From an uncultured Candidatus Saccharibacteria bacterium (GTDB taxonomy: Bacteria > Patescibacteriota > Doudnabacteria > UBA920 > 2-01-FULL-46-14), in assembly GCA_964565195.1 (NCBI GenBank), contig CAZMCQ010000001.1, forward strand, positions 61,153 through 125,152: a stretch of DNA of 64,000 nt. The letters run 5' to 3'. Positions within the stretch are counted from its first letter, which is position 1. Every line of letters starts with the position of its first letter. The position numbers and the translations under genes were made by a program. The notes under the pieces were generated by a model, which did not search any database, was not told where the DNA came from, and was given only the letters and a program-made list of their open reading frames with translations. This document shows, piece by piece, positions 62,291 to 64,000 of the stretch.

Positions 62291-63274
62291 TTAGATAGGC
62301 ATGATCTCTTTCGGAGAAAATGTATGCAGCAATGGGTACCTTTCTCCGGGAGCGCTTTCCCATAATACGTAAGGGAATTTTAACTCAATATGGTCACGGT
62401 CGCCGAGGGCAAGAATCTCCTGATTGGCCCCATCGAGCAGGTGCCGCACATAGATTTTATCCTCGACAGATGGAACTTGGCGAAGAATTCTCATAAAGAA
62501 GTCCTTGATACCAGCGTGATTCCTGATTGCCCGAAAGAATTTATTGGCAGGGGTAGTTCGAACAGAACTTTCCAACTGCTCAATATCAACTGCTCCGAGT
62601 GCCTGGAAAATCTCGCTCCAGGTAACTGCCGGGTTGAACACTGTGGTATAGACCTGATCATTCTTCATGACGCGTGCCAATAAATCCAGGCATACCGCTG
62701 ACAGATATCGGATAGAGACGCAATTCGCTTCGTATTCCCCTGCTTTGGGCAGCGATAATTTTCTATCTTTTTTCTCAAGCCATTCCAAAAATTTGGCGCT
62801 GTTCGATTGATTATGTCCCAGGACGTGACCGAGACGCAAGATAATGGTTTTTTTGCCATATTGCTTGGCAAACCGTTTCACAAGTTTCTCTTGAGATAAC
62901 TTTTCATCGGCATACGCGCTGGTATGAAAAACAGCGATGCTGCTTAAATGCACAAACTTCGTCCGGGGGCCGAGATGAGAAATAATATTGCGCAAAATGG
63001 TGGCATGGCGCCTTTTGATTTCCGCCGGACGTCCGCGGACATATATGGCGTTTATGACCAGGTCAGCCTCGCGGAGCAAAGCCACCGGAAACTGGTTGTC
63101 TTCTATGGCAGCGTGGATGACAGGAATATGATGATACCTTAAATACAAAGAACCGGCGAAATTTCGGCAAACTCCCCGCACTTCCACTTCCGGGCGCTGT
63201 TTTTTTATCAGCACCAGTAATTCCGAAGCGACTTGTCCATTGGCTCCTAACATGAGGATGGTCTGCTTCTTCAT
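62291..63274 (-). CDS. NAD(P)-dependent sugar epimerase/reductase (SDR, RmlD-like), tentative
   Basis: ILMLGANGQVASEL Rossmann motif. 327 aa. Sits in the glycan locus. Confidence 0.6.
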   Translation of the reverse strand: MKKQTILMLGANGQVASELLVLIKKQRPEVEVRGVCRNFAGSLYLRYHHIPVIHAAIEDNQFPVALLREADLVINAIYVRGRPAEIKRRHATILRNIISHLGPRTKFVHLSSIAVFHTSAYADEKLSQEKLVKRFAKQYGKKTIILRLGHVLGHNQSNSAKFLEWLEKKDRKLSLPKAGEYEANCVSIRYLSAVCLDLLARVMKNDQVYTTVFNPAVTWSEIFQALGAVDIEQLESSVRTTPANKFFRAIRNHAGIKDFFMRILRQVPSVEDKIYVRHLLDGANQEILALGDRDHIELKFPYVLWESAPGERYPLLHTFSPKEIMPI

Positions 63275-64000
63275 GATATGAACTCTTTGGTGGTTTGGCG
63301 CTGTAATGATTCTATCATCAATCCGGACAAAAACGATTGCGAAAGCAGATTCGGCGAAGGCACGCCGCTCATGATGTGATTAATGGCCGACAGCCATTCA
63401 AGATAAAAGGCCTGGTAGCTGCTGACCGCATACGCGGGCAACGGCCGTATCTGATGCTTATGGGTGAAATCGCGTCCGGAAATAAAAACCGTATCCTGCG
63501 GTGCGACCCCGGTTTCCAACTGCAGATCACCGAAATTCAAAAATATTCCAGAAGACAGATTTTCCAGCCGGCTGAAGGTTGCGCTTATGGGGATTGCCAA
63601 CCCGCTACTTTTTAGCAATAGCTTGGCATCAACATGAACATCCGCGGTATCATCATAGACCGTGGCGGCTGCCAGAACAGCGCAATCAAATTGAGGAAGC
63701 AGGTAATTAACTTGATCGAGTAAATGACAAGCCGTTTCGGCCAGAATCCCTCCAGACCGTTTTAGTCCAGTGGCCGTAGTTTTGAAACCCTCGGCGATAC
63801 GAATATTTTTAATCCTCTCCACGCCGAAGTTCTCAATAAACTGCTTTAAAATATTGGTATTGGAGTAGTGCCGCCGCATAAAACCGGAAAATATCCTGCG
63901 GAATAAATTGTATTCCTGGAAAAATCGCAGGTCCTGTTGGGATAAAATTACCGGCTTCTCAATAAACAGAAATTGTTGGTCATGTAATCGTTTCGCCAAC
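63271..64000 (-). CDS. Gfo/Idh/MocA-family oxidoreductase, C-terminal part only (gene start lies beyond window end)
   Basis: The ORF stays open to the window edge. Its pattern matches the Gfo/Idh/MocA C-terminal alpha/beta domain. Confidence 0.5.
   Translation of the reverse strand, partial: LAKRLHDQQFLFIEKPVILSQQDLRFFQEYNLFRRIFSGFMRRHYSNTNILKQFIENFGVERIKNIRIAEGFKTTATGLKRSGGILAETACHLLDQVNYLLPQFDCAVLAAATVYDDTADVHVDAKLLLKSSGLAIPISATFSRLENLSSGIFLNFGDLQLETGVAPQDTVFISGRDFTHKHQIRPLPAYAVSSYQAFYLEWLSAINHIMSGVPSPNLLSQSFLSGLMIESLQRQTTKEFIS

Overview
This 64 kb window is a gene-dense, mostly minus-strand bacterial segment. Gene content resembles a small-genome, possibly Patescibacteria/CPR-like organism: many micro-proteins, four-helix-bundle and cohesin/dockerin proteins, and a truncated dcw cluster. 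Taxonomy is an inference only.

Recognisable content, in order:
- A partial GH1 beta-glucosidase at the 5' edge and a class IV aminotransferase.
- tRNA-Glu(CTC) followed by a hypothetical protein.
- A truncated dcw cluster: mraZ-rsmH-ftsL-ftsI-murF.
- A Crp-headed redox operon: glutaredoxins, TrxB, a LUD-domain protein, an amino-acid dehydrogenase and a histidine-rich micro-peptide that is not in the ORF track.
- A decayed merA-like pseudogene and an intact GH13 alpha-glucosidase.
- Two ArsR-headed operons. One carries a Cys-rich micro-protein and a CPLC membrane protein. The other carries a CPVC micro-protein, an FAD disulfide reductase, a DUF3179 protein, a TlpA-like protein and CcdA.
- hom, yjeF-N, dinB, and lexA with a Cheo-like box and a 30-bp palindrome.
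- rplJ-rplL with its leader, mltG, pcm, a CAP-domain protein, yjbQ and tRNA-Trp(CCA).
- A TPR-containing membrane glycosyltransferase (GT-C-like), HU, an FAD-linked oxidase, tRNA-Thr(GGT) and an SH3b protein.
- Two histidine kinases and two response regulators.
- A cohesin/dockerin surface-protein cluster. Within it, an Avd-like four-helix-bundle gene is flanked by inverted ~40-nt CAATTAG-rich repeats, and a third repeat copy lies nearby.
- A ~13 kb glycan-biosynthesis locus running to the 3' edge: flippase, GT2/GT4 transferases, WecB, PseB-like, DegT, FkbM and SAM methyltransferases.

I found no CRISPR array, no rRNA genes and no reverse transcriptase. Several short ORFs with strong Shine-Dalgarno sites and intrinsic terminators were read by hand and are absent from the ORF track.
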